Source of the DNA: Epiperipatus broadwayi
Lineage: Eukaryota; Animalia; Onychophora
Assembly: GCA_028023455.1 (NCBI GenBank)
Contig: JAQFVV010000005.1
Coordinates: 15,004,001-15,068,000 of the forward strand
Reading direction: 5' to 3'
DNA: 64,000 nucleotides
The notes below the pieces were generated by a model. It saw only the letters and a list, made by a program, of their open reading frames with translations, searched no databases and was not told the origin of the DNA. A program made the position numbers and the translations under genes. How positions within the stretch are numbered: position 1 is the first letter of the stretch; each line of letters opens with the position of its first letter. Positions 13,278 to 27,900 of the stretch are shown here, in pieces.

Positions 13278-14950
13278 TTTACAATTTTTTAATGAAGTAA
13301 ACAATTCAAATATATAATCCTGTAAACAACTATCAATATAGAAAAAAATAAAATAAAAGATCTGGTCTCTTTTGGAGTAATCATCCAATTATCAAGTTAA
13401 TTATAACTTTAAATACTTGCATATTCCCATGATAAAAAATATTTATAATTTGCCAAATGATTGAAAGTTTATTCTAAGAAAGATACAGCAAGAGATCAGT
13501 GTGGATCATTGGTTTACAAGATTATCAAATACAATTCAGGAATGATGTTTGCATGTTTCCTTCCAGATTGGAAATCTTTACACATACACACACAGAATAT
13601 AGGACATATAAATAAAAAATTAGAAAATTTTTTTTTGTAGAGCTTGTTCAATAAATCCCATTATTTTCAATATACAATTTTAAGAGATAATGGTGTTGAA
13701 TATCTCAATAATGTATGGTTTTTCCATATTTCCAATGGACATTTATTTCCTGTTATAGTTGAAAATTATGTGGATTCTATTTGAAAGCCTTAAGAAAACA
13801 ACTTTTTGGCTTTGCTATTTCAATGGACTACAGAACTTTTTGGACCAACAGTTTCCTTATCAACAACACTATTTTTAAAAAGATCCCCTGCTGCTTGGTT
13901 AGTCACATAAGAATTTTTTTCCTTAACTTTAAAGCAATTCTGCTGTCACAGCTATGCATTATTGGTTTATGTTTAGATGGAATCTATTAAATTTGTATTA
14001 GTTTCTCTTTGACTTCAATTATGTGAGACAAGAATTAACTGGATTGTTTTTCCTTGCTCAAATACTGTAATCTGAAAAATTATGCAGTAATCCAATGAAG
14101 CTAGTCATATAAGACACCTTGTACTTATTAACAATATTTTTCACACACACATCTATAAATAGATAAAGCTATTTTAAATAGTATATTGCAGGATAAAGAA
14201 ATAGTGATGGAAAACAATATTTATTAGACAAAAGCTTATAAGTTTTTTTGTTTTATCTTCTAGCAATAATAAAAAAAAAATAAAGATTCTTTAACTGCAT
14301 AATTATTAGAAGGCTAGATATATTCACTATGACATGATTACACGAAAAAAAATGTCAAGTTCTACTTGAATTCAAAATGCAAGAGCACAAACAAACTATT
14401 ATGCCAGAATGTTTGACTACAGGTTGAGATTACTGATAGCTTAAGAGTTGATTGTTATCATATATGTATCAGGGATGGCCAAGATGTTATGCAATCAACT
14501 GCAAAGCTGTCATGAACATTGACAAATTATAATGATAAATTCAGAGCTGATTTGAATATAAAAAATAAATATTCAAAATTATTCTCATTTAAAAATAGTT
14601 AAATTTAAAATAATACCTGTTGTTATTGTCGATCTCAAAAATAAACCCAGGTTGGAAGAAACTGAAAATAATTATTTTTGTGTAATGCTAGAGTTAAAAT
14701 TTTTAAGAAATATTTAATTGCCATTTTCCTGAGGAAAATAACTTGTCTTGGAGAACACAAATTTTAATGAACTGATTTTAAAACAAAAAAGTTGTGAACT
14801 TTTTAAAATACTTCATCTAGCTAGCAAATAATCTCAGAGATTTAAAAAGAAAAGAGAACTTTTTCCTACCTACAAAAGAAAATAGATGCCAAAGCAAGAA
14901 TATGGGGATTTTCCAAGTCACAAAAATAGAGGATTTTTGTAAAATATGTA

Positions 14951-16011
14951 CACCTGGGTCTCGTTTTACGTGATAGATAGGTTCCTCAGAAAACACGCGC
15001 AAATGAAATTGCGCAAAAATAGACGTAACTTACATTGAAAAGGGAGTGGGGCGCGGTCTGTGATTTTTCAAAATTCGCGTAAAAGCAAAGCACCAACGTA
15101 AAATTACTTTAAAATTCACGCAAAAAAAAATAAGGAAATAAAATATGACTAATAAAAAATTTCAAATTTGAAAAAAATTGATACAAGACAAACTTTTTTT
15201 AACTATAATATTTAATTTTATTCAAAATAATATATTTTTATGCATAATTTACAGTAATTTACATTTTTTTATACACGTTTTAATTATTATAGCTATTTGC
15301 CGAAAAACACGTTCGTTTGCAAACAACTAGCGCCAACTTCACACTCATGTTGTGTCAATGGTTTTCTGGTGACAACATAATTAGTAATTAATCTTTGAGA
15401 CGATGATTTTATTAATTGTTTATGAAACAACTAAAAATTAAATTCTTATTTTTGTCTTTAATTTTCAATTCCGTTTAAAATCAAATTTCACATCACACTA
15501 ATTTCAAGTTGCCGTAAGTAATTTTTAAATTGTTAATTACAATTAAAAATCAATCTTAATTTTTAATTGTTAAATTTAATTGTGCCCACTGCTATTACTG
15601 ACCTTTTAAAAATAAACTTGTGGACACTAAATGATTAATAATTGATTACGTTCTTTTTTAAAAAGCAAAAACAGAATGTTATTTAAAATGCAAAATTAAC
15701 ACGCACAATGTTTGAACAAATTTACATTATAATCTTGTAAAATTTAATGTGGGTATACATAAAATGTGGAAATCATGATTTTAATTTCATTATTACATAA
15801 AATCTTACTATTATAAAGCACTGAAAATATTGAAATTACTAAGATGAAAGTCGAATTCCAATAATGTGCTATTACTTTCAATATAACTTAAGTGCGCGAA
15901 ATTTATTATTTAAAGTAATAGCGCATTATCGGAGTTCGACTTCAGGTGAAACACGAATCGTATAACTTCAAAATCGTGTTAAATAAGTCTGCGTAAAAAG
16001 AGACCCAGGTA
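14951..16011 (-). mobile_element. Tc1/mariner-superfamily (pogo/Tigger-like) MITE, copy 1
   Basis: TA|CACCTGGGTCTCGTTTTACG ... CGTAAAAAGAGACCCAGGTA|TA; TA target duplication. Interior is homologous, in opposite orientation, to the copies at 20.5 and 25.7 kb. Confidence 0.85.
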
Positions 16012-16154
16012 TATTTTTTTTCAAAATAAAAAAAAATCATAATTTTTTTTTTTTTTTAGTTTGTAATTTTTTTTTTTATAAAATTAGCATCTAGTTTATT
16101 TTAATACAATTTTCTTTTTTTTTTTAAATTTAGGACCAGCTCTAGAAAATAATT

Positions 16155-17327
16155 AGATGCTTATTCGTATGCACATCCATCACACTTGATGGCATTGTTT
16201 CTGCAAAAAAAGTTATTAACATAACGTTACCTGGCCTTTGTTTTTTCTTTTTAATAGTTTAAAACAAAATAAAAAATACACAGACATCTGTTTACATTTT
16301 TTTATATATTTTTTTATTTTTCGCAACAAATAAATCAATTTCAACTTATAAATATTTTTTATATTTTTTTTTTTGGTGTATAATAAATGTACTTTTTTTG
16401 TTAAGGTTCTTTTTTAAAAACAAATTTTTAAAATGTTCTTTACTTTAGTTAACAAAAAAAAAAAAATTAATTTTTTATTTTTCGCAACAAATAAATCAAT
16501 TTCAACTTATAAACATTTTTTTTGTGTGTGTATAATAAATGTACCTTTTTTTAAAGGTTCTTTTTTAAAAACAAAATATTTAAAATGTTTGTTACTTTAG
16601 TTAACAAAAAAAAAAAAGCTTTTATCAAACTGTTATCGAATGGTGTGCCACGTATTGGCTTATTGCGCCATTTAAGGTTACCCCAAAGACATTCTATAGT
16701 TTGTGTGTGAACGCCACTGATAGGGTCAACAAAGTTGTACTTATGATTTACACGTAAATATCGAAAACCTGCCGCCTCTTGGCAATAATAACATCTTGAA
16801 ACGATAGTTTGGCTCAGCAGTCACCATTTTTTACAGTAACACACAATCTCGCAAGCTATGAGATTTCATTGGGAGCTCTTCCGAATAACCCACTTTTGAA
16901 CTTCATATTGTTACAGGAGGGTTAGTGAGCTTGTGTAGAGTGTGGTAATTTGTATAACCCTAAATACTTAATATATGTTAAACAAAAAATAAAAATTCCC
17001 AGTATCTTACTTAAATAATTGTGAATCCAAGTATTCACACCCTATCACTGTAAAGTAGTAATAGATTGACAGCATGGTAATAACACCTCGTATCTTGCGG
17101 ATACGGACGGCTAAGGGTGAATTGCGAGAGAAAATGATCGCAAAACATGCTGTTAGCGGCTAAGTATGAATTGCGAGAGCAATCAACACGCTGTTGGGCC
17201 GACATTAGCCAAAAGAGTTAACTACTCCTATCAATTGAATAGTTGGGCCTGAGAGACGGTATATTTAAATCCTTTTGGCTAACATCAGTGATCTCAAGTG
17301 TGATGGATGGGCATACGAATGAACACC
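16155..17327 (-). mobile_element. Internally deleted Merlin DNA transposon with catalytic-domain remnant
   Basis: Inverted ends ...ATTCGTATGC(A/C)CATCCATCACACTTGA at 16155-16189 and 17294-17327. Minus-strand 16644-16769 translates GFRYLRVNHKYNFVDPISGVHTQTIECLWGNLKWRNKPIRGT, matching the Merlin/IS1595-ISXO2 motif VNH..FVDP..GxHTQxIExxW. No clear TSD found. Confidence 0.8.
16310..16618. repeat. Tandem duplication of a ~155-bp AT-rich unit inside the Merlin element
   Basis: tttcgcaacaaataaatcaatttcaacttataaa...tactttagttaacaaaaaaa occurs twice head to tail. Confidence 0.85.
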
Positions 17328-20300
17328 AATTATTATTTATAGGTAATTTAATAAATATTTTATAAAGTGACATGACTAAATTGTAATACTAGAGGGAGCT
17401 GAGGTAATTTAATAGTAGTCATAGTAAAATCAGTTCGTAAATAGCGTCTAAAAAATCACCTATATTTGTGAGTATGTAAAACTTATAAAAAAAAAAAAAA
17501 CACCAATTCATAAGTACATTCTAAAAAAAAACCAGGACGTCAAAACATTATTTTTTTCATTCCGGCAAAAATAATGTTTTTTTTCTGGTTTCTGGTTCAA
17601 AGTCCTGAAAAAAACGTAATCGCTCTCAGGTCTATTTTCACAAAAAAAGTAGCCCCCAATGTCTAAAAGTTTGGCCACCCCTGATATATATTATGACATT
17701 TATGACAAATGAATGTACATATTTATATTGTAACAATAGAGAATGAGCCTTAATTGAGGATGCTAAAATCTGTAACTATATAAAAAAATGAAATGAGAAA
17801 TAAAAACTATTCATATGCCATAGTTTTAAACACCAAATTTATACAGATATAATTTTAAAAACATGAGAGTATTAACTCTTACTAAAGCCTTAAGTCTTTG
17901 AACATGCTAAATCTAAAATAATACAAAATAAAGAAAAACTAATATTTTATTATAATAAAGTATTAACCCAATGACTATTATAATTTATACTAGAATAAAT
18001 TAATAATATGGAATGTTTACTTTATGTGACTCATAAATCATGAAGTTGAAATTTAAAATATACTAATTGTATAATACAAATATGTAATAAAATAGATACA
18101 CTAACTAAGATTAATAATGCTGTACTAGTTAAATAAACCAAACCTGCAATAAAATAAATGAGTTAAGATTAAGCAGGCTTTATTAATAAAATAAAATAAA
18201 ATCAGTATTGGAATAATATTTAAAATGTATTAATATATTTACATTAGTATACACTCACAAATAACCCCTTTATTGCTGTGTGGGAATTTATATTATGCTC
18301 AAGAATGTATGAAAATATTAGATAAAATTTTATTTTTATTATAAGAAATTAATAAATTTTATACCAATGAGTGTTCATGAAAATATTAAATTAACTTTTA
18401 ATCATTATTGTATTTTATTATAATAATAAAATTTATTTTATTCTGTCAGTTAGATCTTATGTGTTTATGTTTATAATAAGACTATAAATTATAATTGCCA
18501 CATCTTATATTTATTAATTTAAATGAGACTCACACTTTGGATTTGAACAATAGAAAATTAAAGAATATATTATGACAATTTAAATTAAAATATCATATAA
18601 TATTGTGTTTGTTTAAACTATCAAAGTAGTGCTAGATATAAACATTCTTTCAAACCAAAACTAGAAGAAAATATTCATTTATCTATTAATTTCAAATAAA
18701 CAATATATAAAATTATATAGAAGAAAATATTAACCTGTTGTAGCTTGCCTATTGAACATTCATCCACAAACCAAACAAAGTATTAAGTAAAATCTATTAC
18801 AATTATAAATATCAAATTTAGAACTATTAAAACTTTCTGTGGTTAAGTGCACATTCAGATATTCACCCACACAAGTATATGTTAAATAACCTCTTTTAAA
18901 ATAATAATATTACATCAAGTAAGTATATACAACAAATTATAAAGAGACCAAACAACCCATGAATAATGAGTAATATTCATCGCTAAGAGTTTTACTGCTC
19001 TTTAAGTTCTTTTATTTTATTTATTAAGTTCCAAAAATCCATTAAGAGAATCCAATATCTTTCAAAAAAAAGTGTATTTCTTTAAAACATTTCAAGTTTA
19101 ATTACTAACTGGTTATTAATAATTTCTGGTAAATTATTAATGCATATTATTCCTTTAAAATGATTATTACATTTTAAGTCATTGTCACGTTATCAATTAT
19201 TGGTTCATAAATAGATGCATGTATGTATTAATTTCCATGGTTAAACTTCATTAACATGTTAATAGCTTTAATTATTCCATTAGTTGATTAATATCATTTA
19301 AATCCTTGGCAGATTATTAATACTATTCATTGGCACTCATATATATGTTAGATATATATTCATTTTAAGATTAGCAAGCATTATAAAATTTTCTCCCCAG
19401 ACACATCCAGCAAATTCATTTCAACTATTAGTTCAAAAATCTCTCAAAGATTTAAGTTTATCCTCAGAGTAAATATCAAACCATTGCTTATTCTCTCATC
19501 ATATCACTTTCCTCAAAATATATTTAAAATATATATACTGCAATTTAAAAAAAATATCTATCACATTTAAAACATAGTGATTACCAAAGTGATCAAAAGA
19601 ATAAAAAACAATTTAAAAATTATGATCTTATTTATATCTTTGTTTGTTGCCATAGTTTTGTGAAGTCATCTTAGACACTGTTACTATTGATATGCTCAAA
19701 ATCTATTCCTTTAGTTTTACTGAGTAATTATTGAGGCCATTTAAAATATAGGGTAACATTTCTAGCAATATGTCTTCATTGAGTTTTTAACAAAAGCGTT
19801 TAAAAAATAATATAATAACTTTAAAATTTTTTCTTTCTTTTAAATAAAAAAAATATGTTTATTTTTTTAAAAAAAATAGTTATAAGCATTATACTTTTGA
19901 ATAGCAAATATTACTCTTAAAAAAATTAATTTTAAAATCATACATGCACATAAATGTGCACATACATAATATCATTCAAACTTATTAAAAATGCATATCT
20001 TTAACTTTTAAGTAACTTTATGGTGAGATTTTAACTTTATCAGTAACTTTTAAAACAGGACATTGAGTTTTACCAGAATATTTTAAAAGATAAAAATAAA
20101 AGAAAATTGATCACTAATTATTTTTCTAAATATGAATTATTACTTTTGTATTTTGCATGCTTCCTAATTAAAATTGGATATAGTATGAAATTGACAATTT
20201 TAAAACAACCAACAATCTAAAAATTAATGATCTATAGAATTTTAATTTTTTTAAAAATATTCTAAGTCTAAGATATAACAATATACATTGTAATGATAGA

Positions 20301-20511
20301 GATCTCAGAGTTATTTTTTTTTTTTTTGTTTATTTCAGAATTCAGTTCAAGATCTGAACTTTATAAATATGTATGTTTTCATTCTAAAGGAGAAAGACTT
20401 TCATGTGTAAATTGATACTAGTATTGTGAAAGATTTATTTAGCAATGTTGGATTGTTATTAGTAGCAGTTTTAAAAAAAAAAGATTTTGATTACATCATT
20501 CTCTTAAAGTA

Positions 20512-20996
20512 TTTAAACTGAAAATAATCTTTCTAATAATAATGTATAATCTTTTTGTTTTGATTGCGATCTCATTTTTTAAATATAGAAAGAGAAAACC
20601 ATTAACACAGCACAAGACTGAAAGTGGCGCTAGTTGTACATCACATCACGAATCTGATTTCTTACCAGTTCACAAACAAACGCATATTGTCAAATAGCAG
20701 TAATGATTAAAATATGTATGGAAAAATGGAAAATACTAGTTAATAAAAAAAGTTTGTCTTGTATTAATTTTTGTCAAATATTTGAAATTTTTTATTAGTC
20801 ATACTTTATTTCCTTATTTTTTTAATAATGCGAATTTTAAAGTAATTTTTCCTTGTTGCTTTGCTTTTATGCGATTTCTGAAAATTACTGGAACATATCC
20901 CCTATTTTTCAAGATAAGTTAAGTCTATTTTTGTGCAATTTCTTTTGTGCGCATTTTCTGAGAAACCTATCTACCGCATAAAACGAGACCCAGGTG
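20512..20996 (+). mobile_element. pogo/Tigger-like MITE, truncated copy 2
   Basis: Matches the right half of the 25683-26661 copy; ends CGCATAAAACGAGACCCAGGTG|TA at 20996; the other TIR is missing. Confidence 0.85.
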
Positions 20997-21049
20997 TAAT
21001 TTACTTCAACATATACATTTTACATAATTGCTTTCTTCCAAAAAACATA

Positions 21050-21700
21050 TCCAATTCAATTGCTTTTCACAAGTTTTCCAATAAATACATTTCGTAATCA
21101 TATCTTTTCTGCACTTCTATTTTTAACCACAATCATTCAACTATTTAATTTTCTTCTTATTTGTCTGAGTTTCTTCTCACCCATTTATCAAACTTATCCT
21201 AATCTTTATGAGCATCATTCTTGAAATATCCAGCAATTGTGAAATACAGTAGTATCAATTTATATTTTTCAAATAGTATAACTTTTATGGACAACTCTGT
21301 TGATACTAACAATATTTATATTTCCCAATTTTCTAATATTTTCCCCAAACTATCATTCAAATTTTTTTATAGGCTACAAACAAAAATCGGTTATTAGTAA
21401 CATTTAAATGCATAGCCTTCTACAAGTATTACCAAAATATTATAGCATTATTATTTTAATATTCTTATCTATCAATACTTTGGATTGTGGCAAATAATTT
21501 TAAAAGTATTTCTCTCTAATCAGTTATTAAGATTACCAATTAAAATGCTTCCATAGGTTTATTCAACTTGTAGCTATAACTCTATTACTTCTTGAATTTT
21601 AAATTGTGTACGCATATCATCAGAGGAAAACATTCCATGAAGATATACTAAGAAAGTCAACACTAAAACTTGGATGCACAATGTTACTTTTTCAAAACCA
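21050..21700 (-). mobile_element. Highly decayed non-LTR retrotransposon fragment
   Basis: Purine/pyrimidine strand skew and a possible RT motif remnant (cttcatggaatgttttcctctgatgat, like LFADD) on the minus strand; no open frame. Confidence 0.3.
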
Positions 21701-22203
21701 AGAGTAGCATTTTATATATAAATGAAATAATTAAGCGCTATGCTGGACAAACATATATAGCCAATCAAATTAATTCATAACATTTCATATTCTTATAAAC
21801 TACCAACAAATGAAAAAGATATCAGAGACTGGTAGCTATCACTATACATGCATTTCTCAGAAAAAGTTAAGCTAGAAATTCAAACACCTGAATTTCTCCA
21901 CAACCATATCGCGATAGCAATCTAGTTTTAAAATTTGAATATATTTACAAGATATATGGATTTGATTGGGAATATATTCAAGCTTTAGTACCAACAAGTT
22001 TGAAATCATGGTATTTAAATAAAAAGTCAGGTTATCATTCCTAGTGAAGGGATTTGGATGTTTAAAATTCTATCTTTTTCACTGGTTGACAATTTTCAAA
22101 AGTGTAGAACTCACATAGGAACACTGAGAATAAATTTGATGAGTTACATATTTATGTACATGTATGTATATATATGCAAGCTTAAATTCTTTCTAAAAGA
22201 TAC

Positions 22204-22422
22204 CTGTAAAAGTGGTTGGTTAGCTGACATTGTTACAGTGGATGCTGAAGTTGGTGCAGCTGATATTTGTGCCAACTGTTGGCCTGATGATAACTGCTTG
22301 ATTACTTGCATATTCTGTACAGACAGTGTAGTTGCTGACAGCTGTTTTTGCTGAGGGTGAGAAAGTAACTGGACGGTTCCCAATTGGGTGGGAATCTGTG
22401 TTTTACCTTGAACATGCTGCAC
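22204..22422 (-). CDS. dom: Coding exon G, probable domino-A/EP400 C-terminal region
   Basis: Acceptor attttgcAG at 22423-22424, donor CAG|GTATCT; 219 nt, 73 codons, phase 0/0: VQHVQGKTQIPTQLGTVQLLSHPQQKQLSA...TVTMSANQPLLQ. Confidence 0.88.
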
Positions 22423-22819
22423 CTGCAAAATAATTATAAAATCCCTATTAACTAGGCTTGATAGCAGATCAATGTATTATCTGAAAAATATAATCAATAC
22501 ACACATTATTATAAATATATGTTTGAAATGAAAGTTCTCATTCACAACATTCAATGCAAACTCACATTTTCATGAATGAATGACTATATGTAGAACATGT
22601 AATAAGAATTTGCAGGAGGTGTAAATTGATTTAAAAATAGAGTAGCTATTTTCTGCCTACATGAGATTGGTGATAGAAACTTGTTATGTCTAGCTGATCT
22701 AAGAGGGCACTTCCCAAAAATACAAATCACCACTACACAGTTAATATTTAGATAGTTTAATGAACAACAATTAATAGGGTTTTAACTATTTACATACATA
22801 TGATTATTTAATTATAAGG

Positions 22820-23110
22820 CCCGAAGCGTACATAAATAATAATGTAGATCAATACGATCTGTAAGAGTCCTAGCTGGCTGTTCCCCAATTCGGAGGCCAA
22901 CTTTCCATACTTCAAATCCCTATGCCAAATGAGACATTCTGCTTTAACTTATATCCACATGTACAGGTGAAGATCCAAAAATCAAGTGTAATCTTCTTGA
23001 TCCAATTCGTACTGAGGCATTAATTGTTTCAATCCCTGAAGTTGATTGGCTCGTACTCCCATTCGCTCAATGATTTTTCATTTCACTGCTCCATATAAGA
23101 ATTTAAATCT
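22820..23110 (-). mobile_element. Decayed non-LTR retrotransposon 3' end
   Basis: Higher-GC patch; minus strand gives ...PQxRIGSRRLH... followed by an (AAT)-like tail, resembling LINE C-termini; frameshifted. Confidence 0.35.
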
Positions 23111-25682
23111 TTATCTCTCTGACTTTAATTAATGAGTTATTTTTTAGTTTATCATTTATCTTATGAAGGAAATCTAAACGCTAATTCCTTTAATTGTTTT
23201 ATTTCATTAACGACATATTCTACTCTCATTAATTAGACTGTTATTTCTTTTAGAAAATAATCTTTTTCTAATTTTAAAGTTATAAATCTTTTACTAACTA
23301 TTTTAAAAGAATCAGTCTTTTAAAATTCTTTAATTTATTTAAACTTATTACTTCTTCTCATTAAGTTTATACCTATATATGTATGTGTATTTAAGCATAC
23401 ACATACATATCAAAGCTAATATTTTAATTTTAGAGAACATGTTATTAATTTAATGATAAATTCTTAAACAAGCTTTAACAATAATATCACATGTCTAGGA
23501 TAAAAATAAATATTGTCACTTTTTATTTTCCAAAACAGATAAATCATTGTAAATAACTTCTCATCTAAAGACAGTTTGCTTTTAAATTTTTTTTTTTAAC
23601 AATACTTATTTATGCATGTTATAAAAAATTTACAGATATAGTGATCAATAAATAAAAGAAAAAAACAAAAGCATGACACAACCATGGAAACAAATAAAAT
23701 TTAATAATTGAACAATATGAAAATGTCTGAATATCATTGGAGAAATATTAAATAAAGTTAGTAAATAATATATATATAAAGTTAATTTAAGATTTAAAAA
23801 AGATGATATACAAATTTTTAATATAGTAAAAGTTCAGAGGTTAAAAAATATACTAGTGATTTTATCCTAGGCATAAAACAAATAAACTTCAAATGCAAGT
23901 CAAGATTCTACTTGATACAACTGAAATTCTTAATAAATAGAGATAAGCCAGCAATTTTCCAATGGTAATATAATTATAATTAAGTAATCTTTCTTTTTTC
24001 ACTTTATATAATGCAAACATTGAAGAAAATAATGTTTGCATTGCATAAAGTGAAAAAAGAATAATAATATACAAATATTCATTTATTAGATAACAATGAT
24101 GACAAAAAGTTCATCACAGCAGAATAGAAACTCACATGGCATAATAATAATGACCTTATATGGTGACTAAATTCTAAATGCAGTCCAAGATATATAACAG
24201 ATGCCATGTCACAATAATAAATATTTTTTATCCAGAAAGCCAAAAGCAGTCTAAAATTTTAATGTAATCAAAATTTCTACAATTAGAGCAAATGGTGATG
24301 AACTTGTTTGTTTAAAATTATAAATTTTATTTTGAAAAGTTTTAAACTTTTTTTTCCACTGTAAACGATTTTGCTACTGAAAATATTAAATCCACCACAA
24401 ACTATATATTGCAACATTTGCCTGATTAATATTCTAATTCCAAATTATAATTCTTATTCATAACTTAGATTTGTTTATATTTATGAAGAGTAAAACCACT
24501 GCTTTTTTGAGAATTACCTTTTTTTAAAAAAATATATTACATATAATACAAAATAAGTAGATTGTGCATATATAATATAAATACATCAATATTTTGTAAC
24601 TATAAAATAATATTTACAAAAATATAGATCCATATATTTGAAATGTTACTGTATAAAAATAGCCAATCAATCATTAATATTATTTCTATGAAAATTTAGT
24701 ATTTGAACATTAAAAATTCATACATCATACTATTTTTCTAAAATCATTTAAGCTCAATGAACAAAATACCCTAATCAACAGATTTTCAGAGAATAAGAAA
24801 CGTAATGTTGGTAAAGAGGAATTAGAAATTAACAAGTACTAATATTTTGGTCAGGTTATTAATACAGATGGAAATATAATAGATGAAAATAATCATAGAA
24901 TTAAATTTAAATTTGAATAAAGAACTTTTGGTACAAATGCAGACTCCACCTGAAAAAAAACCAGGGCCAAGAGCAATGTTTTCATGCGGGTGAAGGGGCC
25001 TTTTATTTGTAATAAAAATTGTCTTATTTGCATATATTGCTTTACAATTATTATAAATCAAGTTAACAACTATTCTCTTTATTAAAATTTTGAATAAGAA
25101 TTTGTTAAAAAAATTCAAAAAAATAATTTGTTTTGCACTGTATACTTTATTTTGTTTACTTAAAAATAAAATTACACAAAATGATATTAATAATATATAA
25201 AAAATTAAAATTGGAAAAGAATATCTTTATGCTGTTCTTCCATAAAATAATAAATACTTTACAACCAGCTATATAAATATCAAAATTTTTTTATACATTA
25301 AAAAGCCTTTTTCAGCATATGATTTGGTGCCCTTATGTTAACACACTGTTTCAAACATAAAACATCTACTGTTCAATAATAAAATTAAAACAAACAATAA
25401 CAATATAAAATCATTAAATAGTAATTCTTATTAAGCGCAATGTCAGCACATAATATAACCTTAGTACATGCGTCTTGATTGCTTAATTTATTACATGAGA
25501 CCTCTACAAATCTAAACACAAGATTCGACTTTATAAAGATAAGACCGGCCAACTCTTAACCCACATATATAAATCCAGTAATTACAAAATAATTGACTAT
25601 ATCATAACAATACAATAAATAAAATTAAATGTTTAAATTACATCAAAGATCCAAACAGAAGACAAATATATGAAACATACTA

Positions 25683-26661
25683 CACCTAGGTCTCGTTTTA
25701 TGCGGATTATTTTAATGCAATTTTGAAGTTATGCGATTTATGTTTCTTCTTAATATCTTTCATATTTCACTATATTTATTAGATATCAAGAAATTTAAAT
25801 TATTAATAACTTATTTTCACTTGAAATACTTTTTTTTTTCTCTCAAAAATATAACGTTATACTAGCAGCTAACGTGAAAATGGCCTGAAGCTGTATTTAG
25901 AATTTTAGCTTCTATGTAAATAACTTATTTATACTAATGAGTAAATAATAATAATAGATTTATACTTACATATAAAAATATTGCAATAAATATTCAAAAA
26001 AATTAAACTTTTAAAACGTATATTTTGTTATATATAACAGAAATAAATAATCTTTTAGATTTTTAAAATAAAAAACGAAGATTTTATAAACTGAAAATAA
26101 TCCTTCTAATGATAATGTATAATCTTTTTGTCTCGATTTCGATCTCATTTTTTTAATATAGAAACAGAAAACCATTAACACAGCATAAGATTGAAAATGG
26201 TGCTAGTTGTATGTACATCACATCACAAATAAAAATAAAGTGGCTAACAGGTTTCTCTGGACATAATTGCTGAGAGATTCTTGATTTCATTTAAGGAGAA
26301 GCTACAATACATCACATCACCTCAAATCTGGGTTTTTTCCAGTTTAGAAACGAACGCTAGTGGTAATGATTAAAATATGTATGAAAAATGTAAAATTAAA
26401 TATTGTAGTTAATAAAAAAAGTTTGTCTTGTATTAATTTTTTTCAAATATTTGAATTTTTTTATTAGTCATACTTTATTTACTTATTTTTTTAATGTGAA
26501 TTTTAAAGTAATTTTTCTTTGTTGCTTGGCTTTTATGCGAATTCTGAAAATTACAACCCCTATCCCCCATTTTTCAAGGTAAGTTAAGTCTATTTATGTG
26601 CGATTTTTTTAATGCGGATTTTCTGTGGAACCTATCTACCGCATAAAACGAGATCCAGGTG
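25683..26661 (+). mobile_element. pogo/Tigger-like MITE, complete copy 3 (~980 bp)
   Basis: TA|CACCTAGGTCTCGTTTTATGCG ... CGCATAAAACGAGATCCAGGTG|TA; both TIRs and the TA duplication are present; no transposase ORF. Confidence 0.9.
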
Positions 26662-27599
26662 TATATTAAAAATAATTTAAATAATTGTATAAATATTTAC
26701 GAGACTTCTGTAAATTTGGTTAATAACTCGTTAATTAGAAATGAATGGAAAATTATATAAATTGACATATATATAAGAGTAAAAACAAAATGCACATAAT
26801 TTATTTTATTTATTTATTATGATATAGTCAATAATTTTATAATTACTTGATTTATATATGTGAGTTTTGATTTATTTTAATGATTTATATTGTTATTGTT
26901 TGTTTTAATTTCATTATTGAACAGTAGATGGTTTTATGTTTGAAATAGTTCGTTAACGTAATAGATTATTAACATTTGAAAAGGGCACTAAATCATTTTG
27001 ATGCTGAAAAAGGCTTTTAATGTATAAAAAAATTTTAATATTTATACAGCTGTCTGTAAAGTATTTATTATTTTCTGATTATAAATAATTAATTATTTTA
27101 TGCAATTTTATTGAATGAATATTTCAGAAAGCAAAATACATATGGATCCTTTAATAATATTATCATCATTTATTCTTTTTTCTAGATTCTGATTCAATAG
27201 ATAAAACTGCTAACAAAGAGAATCAATTTCACATTAACTAGGCTAGATCATTATGAAATATTTAAACATATACATTGTATGTAAATGAAAAATATACATC
27301 ACCATACAACCAATGCTTCTACAATTGTATTACTTTGATGTGGTAAGACTTTCAAATTACAAATTTTGGCAGAAAAAAAAAAGGGGGAAACATAATTACA
27401 TTTAACATGTAATAAAGCATTTTATTTTTTGATTTTAAAATCATGCAGGTGCAAGGCCTTGATAAATGTGGCACCTATTGCGGTTGCACCACTCTTGGGC
27501 CAAATGGCTTAATACATAAAGTAAATATGCTTAAGTATTTGGAAAAAAAAACTTTGTAATAGATATGACATGTCATTTCTCAAAAAAAAAAAAGAGCAA

Positions 27600-27900
27600 T
27601 CCAAAGACCAAGAAGAGATCAAAAGTGAAATCTGTAGGAAAAAAGATAACAAGATAGGGAAAGAATTATAAGACTGAAATGGAGATGGGCAGAACATATT
27701 GATAGAGATGATAATAGATGAACAATTGATATCTTAAATGACATTACAAAAGATTGTTAACCTACAAAAAGACAAAATGTGAGATGAATGATTAAAATAA
27801 GGAAGTTTATTGGTGTGATGAGAAAAGAGAAGCTATGAATTGAAAAAAACAGGATTAAACTTGGAGAGGAACTTCATCTTTAGGTGGATCGATAATCCTA
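27600..27900 (+). mobile_element. RTE-type LINE 3' fragment
   Basis: Translates ERIIRLKWRWAEHIDRDDNR*TIDILN... then ..IRKFIG.., like the RTE ORF C-terminus (LKWxWAGHxxR..RW). Confidence 0.65.

Larger units (their letters stand above)
14470..17683. mobile_element. Non-autonomous hAT element containing nested insertions
   Basis: Left TIR CAGGGATGGCCAAG at 14470, right TIR reverse complement CAGGGGTGGCCAAA ending 17683; 8-bp TSD ATATGTAT / ATATATAT (1 mismatch). CAGGG termini with an 8-bp TSD are typical of hAT. Confidence 0.65.

Noticed and set aside
22058-22354. Plus-strand 98-aa ORF
   Set aside because: Antisense shadow of exon G extended into intron; no independent support.
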